Source: Antedon mediterranea
Lineage: Eukaryota > Animalia > Echinodermata
Reading direction: 5' to 3'
Assembly (NCBI RefSeq): GCF_964355755.1
Contig: NC_092680.1
Coordinates: 16,749,045-16,813,044 of the forward strand
DNA: 64,000 bases
Shown: piece by piece, positions 10,701 through 23,456 of the stretch
How the letters are laid out: every line of letters begins with the position of its first letter
How positions within the stretch are numbered: the stretch's first letter is position 1
Made by a program: the position numbers and the translations under genes
The notes under the pieces: model-generated
Database searches by the model: none
What the model was told of the DNA's origin: nothing
What the model saw: the letters and a program-made list of their open reading frames with translations, nothing else

Positions 10701-13572
10701 ATTATAACACACCTGATTGTATTCTTGCAATTTGATTGGTCAATTACATGTTTCATTTGGAATTAGCCCTATCTAATAAAAAGGGATATCTAATGGTGAT
10801 AATGAACGACTCTAATACACGTTTAGCTTTCTGTAAACATATTGAGAATATTTGCCATGTGATGTTGTTGACTTATCACGTTTGTAAATCTTGCTATGTG
10901 ATCCGTCTATAACTGTTCTACTCCTCGTCTAAAGTTGGGGCACTGCCTTTTTAATGGCCTAGCTTCCCGGCCTAGCCTTCGGCAATGATTTACAATGGAT
11001 AACTTGAATAAAGTAGGTGCGTTAAACTAAAAATGTTGTATACGTTGAATGGAGAGAATATTTCATTTGTTACAAAAATAACTGCTCTATTTAACTCGGC
11101 TCCACCTCGTTAAATGAAAGCAGTCAATTTTTCAGAGAATATTCTCACCATTGAACTCATAAACATTAATTATTATTATATTTATTGATTTATTTATTCT
11201 AATCTACCAGGAAATACTTTTAATACAATCATAGAATGCAGCAACAAACTGCAATCATTCTCATCTATGCATCCGCTGGACCTGTCTAATCAAGACAATT
11301 TCAACTCAACCTGTTTAGTATGGCACGATGGATTTTACAGATTATTGGTAATCACTTTTTACAAAACTAATATTTATTGTCACTTTGAAGAACTATGGAA
11401 GATCCTTTTTTTTTATATAATTAGTAAAAAAATTGGATCAAGGATATGCAAGAGACGCTGTAAATAATATGACAAACTATGATGAAAAAATTATAAAATT
11501 GTTTTATTCAGATGTCCAAAGTTGCATTTTATATGCCAAAAATTGTACATGAATTTTTAATCCATGACATGCTCAATATAGCCTGAAACACATTTTTTTC
11601 CTAATTTGATTAGGAAAAAAAATGTTTCCTAATTAGATATAAATGTATTTTTTCATACTGTAGCTGTTTTATATTAATAAAAAATACTGTACAGTATGAT
11701 AATTGATTTTCTTTTTTTTATTATATATTAATAATGAATACATTTTATTACAACAGAACTACATAGAAGAAGAACTAGGGACTGACTTGTCCAAGACCCC
11801 AGCCTCATACCAGCTTGCTATTCTTCTTTATCTCGCTGGCTTGGCAACTCTTCTCTACTTTCTCGCTGACAACATGCTGGCAAAGAGTAAGCTCACGCCA
11901 AAGAGAATTAAAAGCTGGTAAGGTTTAATGTATTATAATATGTATTTAACTATTTTAAACATCTTAAACTATAATATGCTATAATATTTTATTGCTACAA
12001 CCCTGGTTCTAGGTCAGGATTAGACCCTGGCTCTAGGTCAGGATTAAACCCTGGCACTAGATCAGGATTTGACCCTAGCACGAGATCAGGATTAGACCCT
12101 GGCACCAGGTCACGATTGAACCCTGGCACTAGGTCAGGATTAGACCCTGGCACTAGGTCAGGATAGGACCCTGGCACACGGTCAGGATTGGACCCTGGCA
12201 CACGGTCAGGATTGGACCCTGGCACTAGGTCAGGATTGGACCCTGGCATTAGGTCAGGATTGGACCCTGGCACTACGTCAGGATAGGACCCTGGCATGAG
12301 GTCAGGATAGGACCCTGGCACGAGGTCAGGATTGGACCCTGGCACTAGGTCAGTATTTCAGTATGTATTGGTACTCACTTTCGAATCAGTGGCACACACC
12401 TTTCGGTGGTGCGTCCATACAAATATAAACAACAACATATAAAAGGTAAATGATGATAAAACTTACATAATTAACTTATATTGAAAATGTAGGATTGGAC
12501 CCTGGCACGCGGTCAGGATAGGACCCTGGCACACGGTCAGGATTGGACCCTGGCACTAGGTCAGGATGGGACCCTGGCATTAGGTCAGGATTGAACCCTG
12601 GCACTAGGTCAGGATTGGACCCTGGCACTAGGTCAGGATGGGACCCTGGCATTAGGTCAGGATTGAACCCTGGTACTAGGTCAGGATTGGACCCTGGGAT
12701 TGAAAGGCAGCATGTTAACCACCAAACTACTAACTCTCTACTTTACTAATACTAATAGTTTATTTTATATATAGGATTTCACTTCTTGTGTGCATTGGAT
12801 CTTGGACTATTTTGATTGTATCAATGTTAATTGAAGCTCAGAAAATGGAAGTGCTTGTCCAAAGAAATGTACATGAATTCAACTCCAAACTTGTAAGTAC
12901 TCGACACACACAATTCACTTCTCAATAATATGATTTTAAATAAAGGTGAGTCATTGGGAGGGGTGGAAGTAGGAGTAATGCCTCTTCCTAATTTTTGTGT
13001 TAAGCTCTGTTTACACTATCCAACTAGTTGGACAAAAAAAGTGTGATGTGCGAAGTATGGTAGTGATATAACATCATCATGTCCATATAATGGGCGCATC
13101 ACATTTTTAGTGTAGACAGGACTTTATTGGGACAAATATGGAACGATTTGAGGTGTTTAGAATCAAGATTTTACAAATCAAAGTGGTTTGTTGTATTTAG
13201 TAATGAAGATGATTGACTATGTTTATACTATAGCATAAAATGCAGTGCCCTAATGAAAACCATTTATAACTGTTCGGGCTACCAACTACTATATGTATTT
13301 CTTAACACAAATATTTAATATATTTTTTTCAGAGTCAGCTTGTGTATTTGAACTTTGACCTATCTCATTATCATAATATCTTGCTCTACTGGAGAACAAG
13401 ATGTCTTCCACCAACAAGCAAAGGAATGTTAAGCATACTAGGAATTGTCAACGTCCAGGACGTGTCCTATTATTTGCAGTATTACAGTCTACCGGTATTA
13501 ACAGCATTGCTTACTCCAATCATTAAACTCATTCTGGCATTGAAGGAAATATATAGTGTAAATGTTTACTGA
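7711..13572 (+). CDS. Uncharacterised multi-pass membrane protein, 6 coding exons (7711-8032, 8369-8572, 11211-11347, 11757-11917, 12775-12892, 13333-13572)
   Basis: GT-AG boundaries with consistent phases (1,1,0,2,0) give one continuous ORF: basic S/T-P-rich N-terminus, then about 4 hydrophobic segments. Family not recognised. Confidence 0.8.
8071..8266. mobile_element. MITE family A (TIR tgcacttgtcaattgtatgacccactat); related copies about 28191-28476 and 51240-51526
   Basis: Long terminal inverted repeats and shared internal sequence in three copies. Confidence 0.8.
8803..10349 (+). mobile_element. Non-autonomous Helitron-like element containing a ~262-bp tandem duplication (about 9257-9780)
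   Basis: Begins A|TCTATATATAAA, ends with a GC-rich hairpin and CTAG|T, no TSD. Confidence 0.6.
10428..10563. mobile_element. MITE family B (TIR aagctctgtctacactatcaaact, TAA/TTA flanks, PIF/Harbinger-like); about 10 copies, also near 13002, 16942, 21650, 27920, 42706, 44723, 51890, 52112, 55350
   Basis: Recurrent ~120-150-bp element with TIRs and internal gtgatgtgcccatat/atcactaccat motifs. Confidence 0.8.
11997..12700. repeat. 24-bp minisatellite (ggtcaggattggaccctggcacta) in two blocks, about 11997-12352 and 12490-12700
   Basis: Directly visible tandem array in intron 4 of the membrane-protein gene. Confidence 0.95.
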
Positions 13573-14542
13573 ACATAAATACAGTATGTTAGTTAAGTTG
13601 ATAAGAAGCAAATAAAGCCTTGATTAAGTTTGTAAATAAATAAATTTTGTACAATTAAATCTAACCAGACTAGACGTGGATCGATGTTCCTATTTTTTGT
13701 TGATATTATATATAATATCTCTATTATTTCTCCTGAACAAAAACAAAATATTATGCTACACCAAATGTTTTTTAAAGTTCTAAAATCTGCAGTATTCTTC
13801 TATTTCATGGACAGGGTACTGTAATGCTTTGTTATCCAATTTAATTTGTCCAGCTTTGGAGGACTTTTAGTATTGACCGACGGTGCTAAACTGATATACA
13901 CTAGTTACAATAAAAAAGATAGGACATTATGCTAAGTTGTTCAGCACTTCATTTTAATTAGTAGAGTAACACTTTAGGCTCAATTTCAAAATCCTGAAAC
14001 CACCCCTGTTCAGAAGCAGTGAAATGAATATACTGTAATATATTTTTTACTATATAATATAAATATTACTGTTAACTTAAAAGTTAACAGTAATATATAG
14101 GCTTGTAAATTGGGAGAAGGGGGATTGGGTGTCATCTTACTGCTTGGACTTAAAAGTCCTAAACAAGAAAATCAGCTGCTTTGAACGTCTAACAATGGTC
14201 TAGATTATCTTTTCATAAATTAACACAAAGCATGCTGACCAACAATACACTATAAACATAAAACATATTTCTACAATATATTTTCTCTCCCATAGAAACT
14301 AATGTGTAAAGCTGTATTTATACTCTCATCAGGGTTGGCGATAAAAGTAATATTAATACACAGTTTTCAAAGCAATAATGTCTAAAGGAAACACAATTAA
14401 ACTCGTAATTTGTTTTAGTAACCTTTGTGTAGACTATGTTTATAAGGAGACACAAACCTCTTTGTTTGCAAAGTCCGAGATTCAACCTTTGCTTTAAATG
14501 ATAAAAAAAAATATATATGTATGCTTAGAACAAATAAGTAAA

Positions 14543-17500
14543 TTAGCAATCGTCGACGTGGAGTTGTAGAACACCATCCTTGTGTAAACTAAGCAATTTA
14601 TCAAATTCACTGTCGAAAGCATGAGATGCTTTAGATAATTTTAAATCTTCAAAATAGTGATAAGGTGTCGAGCGGTTGTGTAAATCTGAAGCGAATGGCC
14701 AAAAGCCATACAAATGAACCTCTTTGCAAAATAAGAGTGAAGCCGTTGTTATGTAAAACCCTAAAACATAAACAAAATGAAACAATTAGATTCCATGTTA
14801 TCTACTTGGTCGTTACATAGTAGTTACATAATTAGTTTCGTTACAGAGTGTAGCTGCCATTCTATTAAATATGATTTTTAGTAGATAAATTGTTCAAAAT
14901 TGTTTACCCCAGAGTACAGTAGCTGATTTCCCTTGTTACCAAGGTTGTTGCAAAGGTTTAAAGAAACAATACAAACGTTCCCGGAGTTACCCTTTAAAGA
15001 TGTATTGTCCCCCTAAAAAAAATAATTCTTAACAAAATGTTGTTGTTGAATATGCAATTTTAATGTAATATAATAGTTATCCACTTTGACCAAAAAGTGG
15101 ATCGAAAAAATGTAATTTAAAGAAAGAAATAGTCAAATTGGCTGCCATCCATGGGTTTTTGCTTGAATTAAACTGTTTATTTTGTCATTTTATAAGTGAA
15201 AATATACTTTTCTTCGGTTTTTTTTTTCTACAGAAATGCATAACTTTATTAAAACTATAAAATAAGCTATTCAAAGTCTGATTCAATTAATCTTTTTTTG
15301 GGACAATACATCTCTTTAAGTCATTGTATGCACACTAACCTGTTGATAACAATTTGTGCATGTGTTTTTTCGACCAATAGTCTTTTATCTCTCTAAAATG
15401 GTTTGGATTTCCATGTACAAATGTTACAGATTTCAAATTCTTGTTTAGTAATTTATTTAATTTAATGCTCAAGTCATAGATCCATTTTGCTGCAAAACTT
15501 GGAAACCATATGTAATTGTTGTATTCCTTCATGTCTTTTATCAGCCGGGATTGTTGACCTTTGTTTTTCGCTCTACCATATCTGTAAAAAAAAGCATACA
15601 GGTAAAACCTCCAAGCGGAAATATTTAAGCGCTCGGATTATCAACATTCAGAAGTAGGCCTACTTCCTTCCATATTGATTCGACTCACCATAGAGATATT
15701 ATAGTGCACTATAATATCTCTATGGACTCACCAAACCGAAAAGGGATTTCCCCACTCAACTGTTTATTCACAATGCAAAGTCAACACGTTTCCCCAATCG
15801 AACGATGGGAACTATTCAACAAACAACCAACCCCTATACTAATCAGAAGACACCATTTAATTTATAATTTGACCAATCACAAGCGATGGATTATCTGAAC
15901 TGATGCTTGTCATTGGTAGACTCGTTTGCGTTGCGCTTACGTCCTTGTCGCGTCCTAGTCCTGAGAAGAACCAAACCTTGCTCAGATTATATAATTGCTC
16001 AATATTATAAAAGGCCTAAAGCGACTCTCGAGTGTGTGGATGGTGAGAAATAGCCGAAATTGAAACGGTTTTAAAGTTTCCAAAATTAAGAATATTTTAA
16101 CAAGGGTAAAATGCTACGGAATTTAGTAAAATCATCTTTATGGCTTCATGGTCTCTTTCCCTTCATCCATGATGCATGAATTAGTATGAATATATATGAA
16201 TATAATACTGCATACCATACATACAGTTTTAAGGCCAATTTACACAGAGATGAGCGGTAACGGTAATATAAATATAGAATCTATGTTATTCCTTTGAACT
16301 TTTACACGTAGGTACGGTACACATACAAATACACACAAAATACATAACGGGCGGGTGGTTTCCTCTCAGGATAGATACAGATTCTACGTGGGACAAGCTA
16401 TAATGCGGTTTCCGCTTACCGTTACCGCTCGTCTGTGGAAATTGGCCTTTAGATACCCACCTATTCACAATAATCGAAGGGTTAACTGTTGTTATATTAC
16501 TTTTAACACCTGCATCTTCTTTAAAGCGACCGATTGGTGGTGCGTTGCATCTAAAAAGGGGGATAAAGGTAATGGTGATTTAAATTGTAGTAGGCCTATA
16601 ATAATATTTTATAAAGATCATAGGGTATTTTTTTCTAATAAAATGTTATTTTGATGACGTTTACTTATGTGATTCAAATCCGAAACAAGAAAAGCAAATA
16701 GAAGTGGATATCTAAAAAACACCTTGAATTTAATTAATGAAATACACGCCTTTCGTCATTACTAACATATATTTAATACAGCAGAACTCGTTTCTAAATA
16801 ACTTGCGATATTAAGTTAGAATCTATCTAGTGACAGAATCGGGTGATAGTCAAACATCTCGAAAAACTGACTGCAGTAATATTCTGCAAATTAGGACTAT
16901 GTAGTGACGCACGCTCGTCTTCTGCAAATTACGTTGAGACTAAAGCTCTGTGTGAGCACTATCAAACTTTTTGCGATAACAAAATGTAATGTGCCCATAT
17001 AATATTGAACACATTTTTTGTATCAAGCTGGTTTGATAGTGTAGACAAAGCTTTAGACAAACACTCGAACGTAAGCACGTACTGCAATAGTAATAATCTG
17101 AGGCTCGTAATTAGTCAACTTACGCGCTCTGTACGCCATTGCGTTTTGCGTCCTTTCCAGTGTAAACCAACATTAACGTCCAAGTAGTCAGCGCTTTAAG
17201 TGAATGCAATAGTCCTTACCTTATAACAAAGTCAGCTTTATCTATTTCATAACCACATTTACTTCCATTCAATATTCCTCCATTTCCTACAATAGAACAT
17301 CTTTTGTACTCAGTCTGTTCGGGAGAATACTGAAAGATTGAGATAGTCCTAGTCATCAATATCGTACATATCTATTTTTAACATTAATATATAGCGCCGT
17401 ATTTAGCTTTGCGTTTTATTTTGAAAGAAAACAAATAGTAAAAGTTGAACTTTAAAATACATTACAATCCAAATGATAAAAAGTTTACCAAACTCGGACA

Positions 17501-19322
17501 TTGGCATGTGAAGCGCCGCTGATTATGAGCTTATCATAGAAATAGGCACTTAACAATGTTAATATTAATTTAAAATGGTCACCAATTTTTAATTAATCTG
17601 TTTTCTCTCTCATCCCCCTCTTTTGTTTTAAGCACTTTGGAACAATCTGCCGATTGTTACCAGCGCTATATTAGTTTGACAGCATTTAACGATTTGTTTA
17701 CCAGAAAATCTAAAATGTTTATTTAAAATCTCATCCCATCATAGAAATAAACCTTCTTTAGTCGTAATAGAATAATCGAATTCTAACCCTTAAATCATTA
17801 AAAAAATTATTACCCCTTGGTTTTCTAGAATCTAGATAAGATATCGTAGGTTTTAGTTTTCTAGATTTTAGTTTTCTAAACACCAGGTCTAAAAAAGTTT
17901 CTAGATCTAGAAGACTAAGATATCTTATTAGGTCTTAATTTTCTAGGAGTCTAAAGATGACAACTATCAGAGTGTCCATTTTGTATTGAAAATCCCTGCA
18001 TCAGCACAGGGGCCTAAAAATGATACTCCCGGCCATACTCACATTGCTAAACAATAATTTTTGTAGGCTAAACATACCTCGTGCAGCAACTTATAGAAAA
18101 ACTCGTGTGTGGTTATTTTTTCTTGTGTAAACGTGAAATTAAAACGCTGAGATTGCCGTACATTATGCCGATTGAGAATCATTTCTGTGTGGACAGTTTT
18201 CTTTAACTCAGATCTAAAAAAAAAAATCATAACACTCAATTTGGTATAATATGCAGTACAATTATACGTCAGAGTAGAGCAAAATATTTGGCCAATTAAC
18301 TTAGCGGCCTGACTTAGCTACTTTGCAGTAAAAATACGTTGGAAAAGAGAAGAGTGCACTGTAATTGGGATAGTTGGACTATAGTGTACTTCAAATCATT
18401 AGAAACAGACAGCCTGTGTAAAATGTCTTGTGTTTGAGTCCCATCCGATAACGTATTTGTTTGCAATGTTCTCAACGTCATACGTCAGAGCTATAGTAAA
18501 ACATCAGCTACCTTATTAAACTTAGCTACCTGACGTAAAAATAGTTTTTTTGAAAAAAAGTATCATCATACCTTAGATCTAGGAAATTCGATAAATTTCG
18601 TTTCCATGGTTTCATGAATAATTCCCGCAGAGATTGGAGACTGGGTGGTTCCGATAAATGCAATTCAATTATAGGCTTATTCTTCTTTTCACTATTGTTG
18701 GAATTTAACCTTCCATTACAAATTATGATACTAAAAAAAGTATATAATGTGAAAATAATAAAGGTAAGTGAATTTTATAGTGATTATTACGTAATCGAAT
18801 CAAGTATTTGAGAAAACATAACAATTAAGTTATGTCCTTATTGGAGTACATTATTCGGACCAAAAGAAACACATTTTTCTGTTCCATAAAACGAACCATG
18901 TGAATGCAGCTTATAGCCAAATTTATTGATTTATTTATTTTTTTAATTTAGTCACACCTGAAAAACAATATACACAATATATTTTTTTAAACAGTACAAT
19001 TAAGACTCGGTATTCAATTGATATCCCAAAAAGTAATATACATATAGGCCTAATCCCATGGGGTACTTAAAAAACATATCAAAATTGTAAAATAAAATAG
19101 ATAGGCCTAAAACGAAAATTATTATATGAAAGTTATTATATGTACAGTATTAAACTAACATATTTTATTGCTTTGTACTTTTGTGATGAAGACGAATAAT
19201 TGAAGAAAAAAAAATATGAATCCATTGGAAATGATGAAAAGTTTGTTGCCATACCATAAATAAATTAACATGAAGCAAATTCCACATGTGATCAATCGTA
19301 GTCGACGCGTTTGTACATTCAT
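14543..19322 (-). CDS. Alpha-2,8-sialyltransferase-like (GT29, ST8Sia family), 7 coding exons (19255-19322, 18572-18730, 18078-18213, 17220-17329, 16461-16550, 15340-15581, 14543-14760)
   Basis: Type II anchor [26 protein letters not shown]; sialylmotif L ([33 protein letters not shown]...NPS), motif S (LSTGFY...[12 protein letters not shown]), motif III (YHYFE), VS (HAFDSE), and C-terminal Cys. Confidence 0.92.
14994..15319. mobile_element. TTAA-flanked MITE family C (TIR agatgtattgtccc, Kolobok-like); other copies about 22042-22378, 47875-48219, 60018-60286
   Basis: TTAA|agatgtattgtccc ... gggacaatacatct|TTAA pattern with shared internal sequence in four copies. Confidence 0.8.
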
Positions 19323-20447
19323 ATTTATCGACCTACCCTGGAAAATTCAATTCAACAATTCAAAATAACATTTATTTATTATACTTCCTTTTAAAATTCA
19401 AACTATAACGGAATAAATAAGAAATAACATAGACAAATATCAATAAATCAAATAAAATGAAATCAATTCAGTTTATTTCCACAATATTATAACATACATA
19501 CAGTATAATAATTGCAATGAAGTCATCATGTGGGGGGAGAGTCATATAAATGAGTCAGAAAGACTTTAAGTTTGACCCACCCCAAGATATAACATTATTA
19601 AATACGAATACGAAAAAGAAAGAAAATATATATACATAACTAATCATAAATAATAAAAAACAAAGCTACAATTATTAAATACGAATACGAAAAAGAAAAA
19701 ATATATATATGTATAAATAAACTAATAATAAATAATAAAAAACAAAGCTACACTTTCTATTTAAATCATATTATCCGATTTTAACTGGTCTTATAGCATA
19801 TATATATTTAACGTTCATCATATCTTGAAAGTAAATAGTTCTAGTATAGGCCTACTAATTTAAATTTAGAAGTTGTAGATGCATTTTTAATATCTACATA
19901 TCTGGGGGGAAAAGGAAGAAGGCAGGATCCCAGAAAGATACAGGATCTTGAGTCGGGTCTGCCTGGGAGAAACAAAACGAAGTGACGAAGACATTAGTAG
20001 GACACGGGACAGGACAAATCAACTGAACACATTTTGTTCAGTAGAGCATGAGGCATGAATTCATTTGCTTACCCCGTGACAATGTAGTGAATTCAGAATT
20101 ATAATATAAATGATTACCAATGTATATACGAACATTGTTCCAAGTTCAGTCATAAATAGATTCAAGTATAGTATAACAACATTTTATAAAAATATTGTAG
20201 TACAAAAATTTCAACATTAAAATAATAGACCAAAAATAGACAAATTCACAGCAGAACTTATACACATAAAATGTAAAAACATACAAAAAAAGGCATATAA
20301 AAACATTAAAATATAACCACCGAAACGAACGCGTTCATCCGTGTTTATAATAGACACGATGAACGCGTTCGTTTCGTTACTATTATGATGATTAAACGGA
20401 TTCGATAATGGAATTGCGACGGCGAAAAATTCACTTTTAATCTGTTC

Positions 20448-20782
20448 ATAATACAGCAGGCCTATGGTTTCTCCATGGTATGACACAGTATCGATTTTCT
20501 TACAGGATATTATTGTGTATTGACTGAGTAACAAAAGCGATTATTTTGAAACACTCAATGTAATGTATTGAAAGTTATTTATTGTCAGTTGTATTGTATT
20601 ATAATATTACATTATTCAAGTGCAATGCATTTTAAACGAACATTTTATTGATGAAGAAATAAAAGTGGGTCGAACCTACATAAGACAACAAAAAAAGAAA
20701 ATCGACACATACCAGGGAGGTATAAAAATAATATTTGTATACCTCCCTGGTCATACCATGTAATATAGGCCTGCTGTATTAT
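20448..20782. mobile_element. MITE-like element with 18-bp inverted repeats
   Basis: ataatacagcaggcctat / ataggcctgctgtattat plus an inner catggtatgac / gtcataccatg pair. Confidence 0.55.
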
Positions 20783-23456
20783 TTACTGTATTTTTTATTT
20801 TGTGTGGTTTTTTTTATCAATTCCTTTTTTGATTCATTTCTTCTTAAACATTTCGTTTTTAACTGCAATGAAATTAAGTTGTAAGTTGTGTGCTTGATCT
20901 ATTTAATAAAGACACCAATATTATACACAGAAGAACATCAATGATAGTTAATTGGGCGCATAAAACACTTGAACCGTAACGAACGGTCGGATCCGCTTAA
21001 TTAGGCCAATGAAAATAGGCCTAGACCTATTTTAATTGATAAAGTAAGAGTTTTAAATTGAAAAATTGCTACTGTGTAGTTGAATCATGAAGAAGGAAAC
21101 AATAAAAATATACTCATATGCGATAAAGCAGTGTGGAAGAATTATAGGTATAGGCTTAGCCTACTTCCGGATGCTGCATACAGAATACTTATACAAACAA
21201 AACCATGTATTTAACTACCTTTTATATGCCTCGTCAATAGGCCTACACACGACGAACCCAAAGACTGGTGTATTCACATCATATATTACTGGCTCATTTT
21301 ATAAGTACACTGCGATTATCCGCACAAAATAGTAATATTAGCAGTAAATTATACTCATTCCAACTGCAGTCGGGTCAATTTAGCCTACGTACCGTTTCTT
21401 TCTTCCAAGATGTCGAATTCCAGAAGACTATTATTAGTATTAATTGCTAAACACGGATTGGCCAAATCATTGTGATCATTTAACAAAAGAAACGATACTA
21501 AAAGACGCTTTTCATTTAATAACATTTATCCTTGAATAAATAATATTACCTGCACATAATAATAATATTATAATAATCAGCAACACCGCCGCATGAGGGC
21601 GATATACATACATAATTTATATCATATTTATCTTGTCTGTACATTCTTAAGCTCCGTCTACACTATCAAAATATATGTGACAAAAAATTGCGAGATGTGC
21701 CCATATATGGACACGATGATGCCATATTAGTACGGTACCATATTTAGGCACATTACACTTTTTTTGTCAAACTAGTTTGAATATTAAATAGTTTATCCAT
21801 CCTGTAATTGGCAAGTTACTCGCTGTTGGATGAGTATGATAAAAAAAAAATTAAAAAAAGTGTAGACAGTGTGCGGTGAGATGACTTATAAAATTAGCTT
21901 CATTAAAAAGTAAATTTACTTTGAATACTGCATATCATTAATTTTTCAATACAGGTAAATCATCAGCTGGCGGCATCGAGTTGGACTCGGCTCTTAGTGC
22001 CTCTTATCACAAAATGGAAGCAAAGATATATTATTTTGTTATTAAATGTATTGTCCCCCAAAAACATGAAAAATGCAGATAAATAAAATCAGACTTTGAA
22101 TAGGTTATTTGTAGTTTTAATCAAGTTATTCACTTTCGTAGAAAAAAAACGAAAAAAATGATGTTTCACTTATAAAATGACAAAATAAATGGTTAGGCCT
22201 AATTAAAACAAAATCCCACTGGCTGGCAGCCAATTTGACTACTTTTGCTTTAAATTAGTTTTTCAGAGGAAAAGTTTTTTTTTTCGATCAAAGAGGATAA
22301 AATATTATGACATTAAATTACATATTCAACAAAAATTGTTTAAAAATATTTTTTTTTTCAGGGGACTGAAATCTTTAAATCTCATTATTATTACTAATTA
22401 TTATTATTTGTTTAATGTGTCAATTAATTTATTCTATCATATACTGAATAGAGTGATGTTCTGCAGTTGGTAGACTCATAATAAACATGTTACAATCATT
22501 ACTGTATGTCATTTATTCCAAAATGTACCCAATTATCAAACAATAAACACTTAGTAGTGGAATCATCATTTCTATTTAGACGCCCACATTAAATCAGGAT
22601 GAAATTATTGACATCAATTTTATCCCAAATATTTAATTTGTTTGCCGAAAATATTATTATTGTCCATTTCTATAAGTGTGCAATATGAAGCGACACTTCC
22701 CTGGTGCCAAACTTACTGAAGTAAGGTAATTTCAGAAAACATCAGATGTGATCCTTAATTTAACCTATGACGATGCGATGGATCATCCGAATTTTGCTTG
22801 TGATTGGTCAACTCACTTTCGTTGCGCCTACGTCGATGCGTTGCCTCTACATGGGAAACCAGCTTTCGTTCAATTAGTGACGACCTGATCCCACTAATTA
22901 AACAAACACCAACAAACCTGTTAATTCTATAATTATGGCAGCTCTTTTTCGACAGTGGTGAAGTGCCATTTTTGTAATGTTATAAAAGATAATTAATGTT
23001 TGCAATAATACAATACAGTATTAATTATTCCTATGTTAAATATATTTTTATATACTTTTTCCTTGCGAAAAATGCCTAAAATTCACATAATGACCTGGAG
23101 AAATTGTAATTTCTATTCCGTTGCATTACACTACAGTAATTATGCTGCCTTTTATATTAGTGTAGATTATAGCAAGGCTGTTTTTAGTGAAGTAAAGATA
23201 CCCATTTTTACCTTCAATATTACATTTTCATGTACCTTCTATATCGCTAAACTGTTTAAACTTTCTGTTTTTGTTTAATAAAAATACACTTGTGTACATT
23301 ATGGTCAAAATCAATCAACAAAAATGATCATCTTTGTTTGGTAGTTACTCAAATCAAGAATATTACGGCACCATTCAAAAGTTTTACAGCATTGTTTATC
23401 AATTCGTTCCTTTTTCTTTCAAAAATTTATAAAATGTACTGCTAAGTCACACTTGA

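Noticed and set aside
10698-11165. Probable interspersed repeat in the membrane-gene intron
   Set aside because: Looks repeat-like but I could not define termini or a TSD from this window
11997-12700. CRISPR-like appearance of 24-bp repeats with one intervening unique segment
   Set aside because: Units are directly adjacent with no regular spacers, there are no cas genes, and the context is a eukaryotic intron
11995-12749. ORFs of repeated PGSNPDLV / PGTRSGLD octapeptides
   Set aside because: Translations of the 24-bp minisatellite inside an intron; the host gene splices cleanly around them
21219-21420. Candidate first coding exon of the sialyltransferase
   Set aside because: Stops interrupt the usable frames; the signal anchor is encoded at 19255-19322, so this is at most a 5' UTR exon
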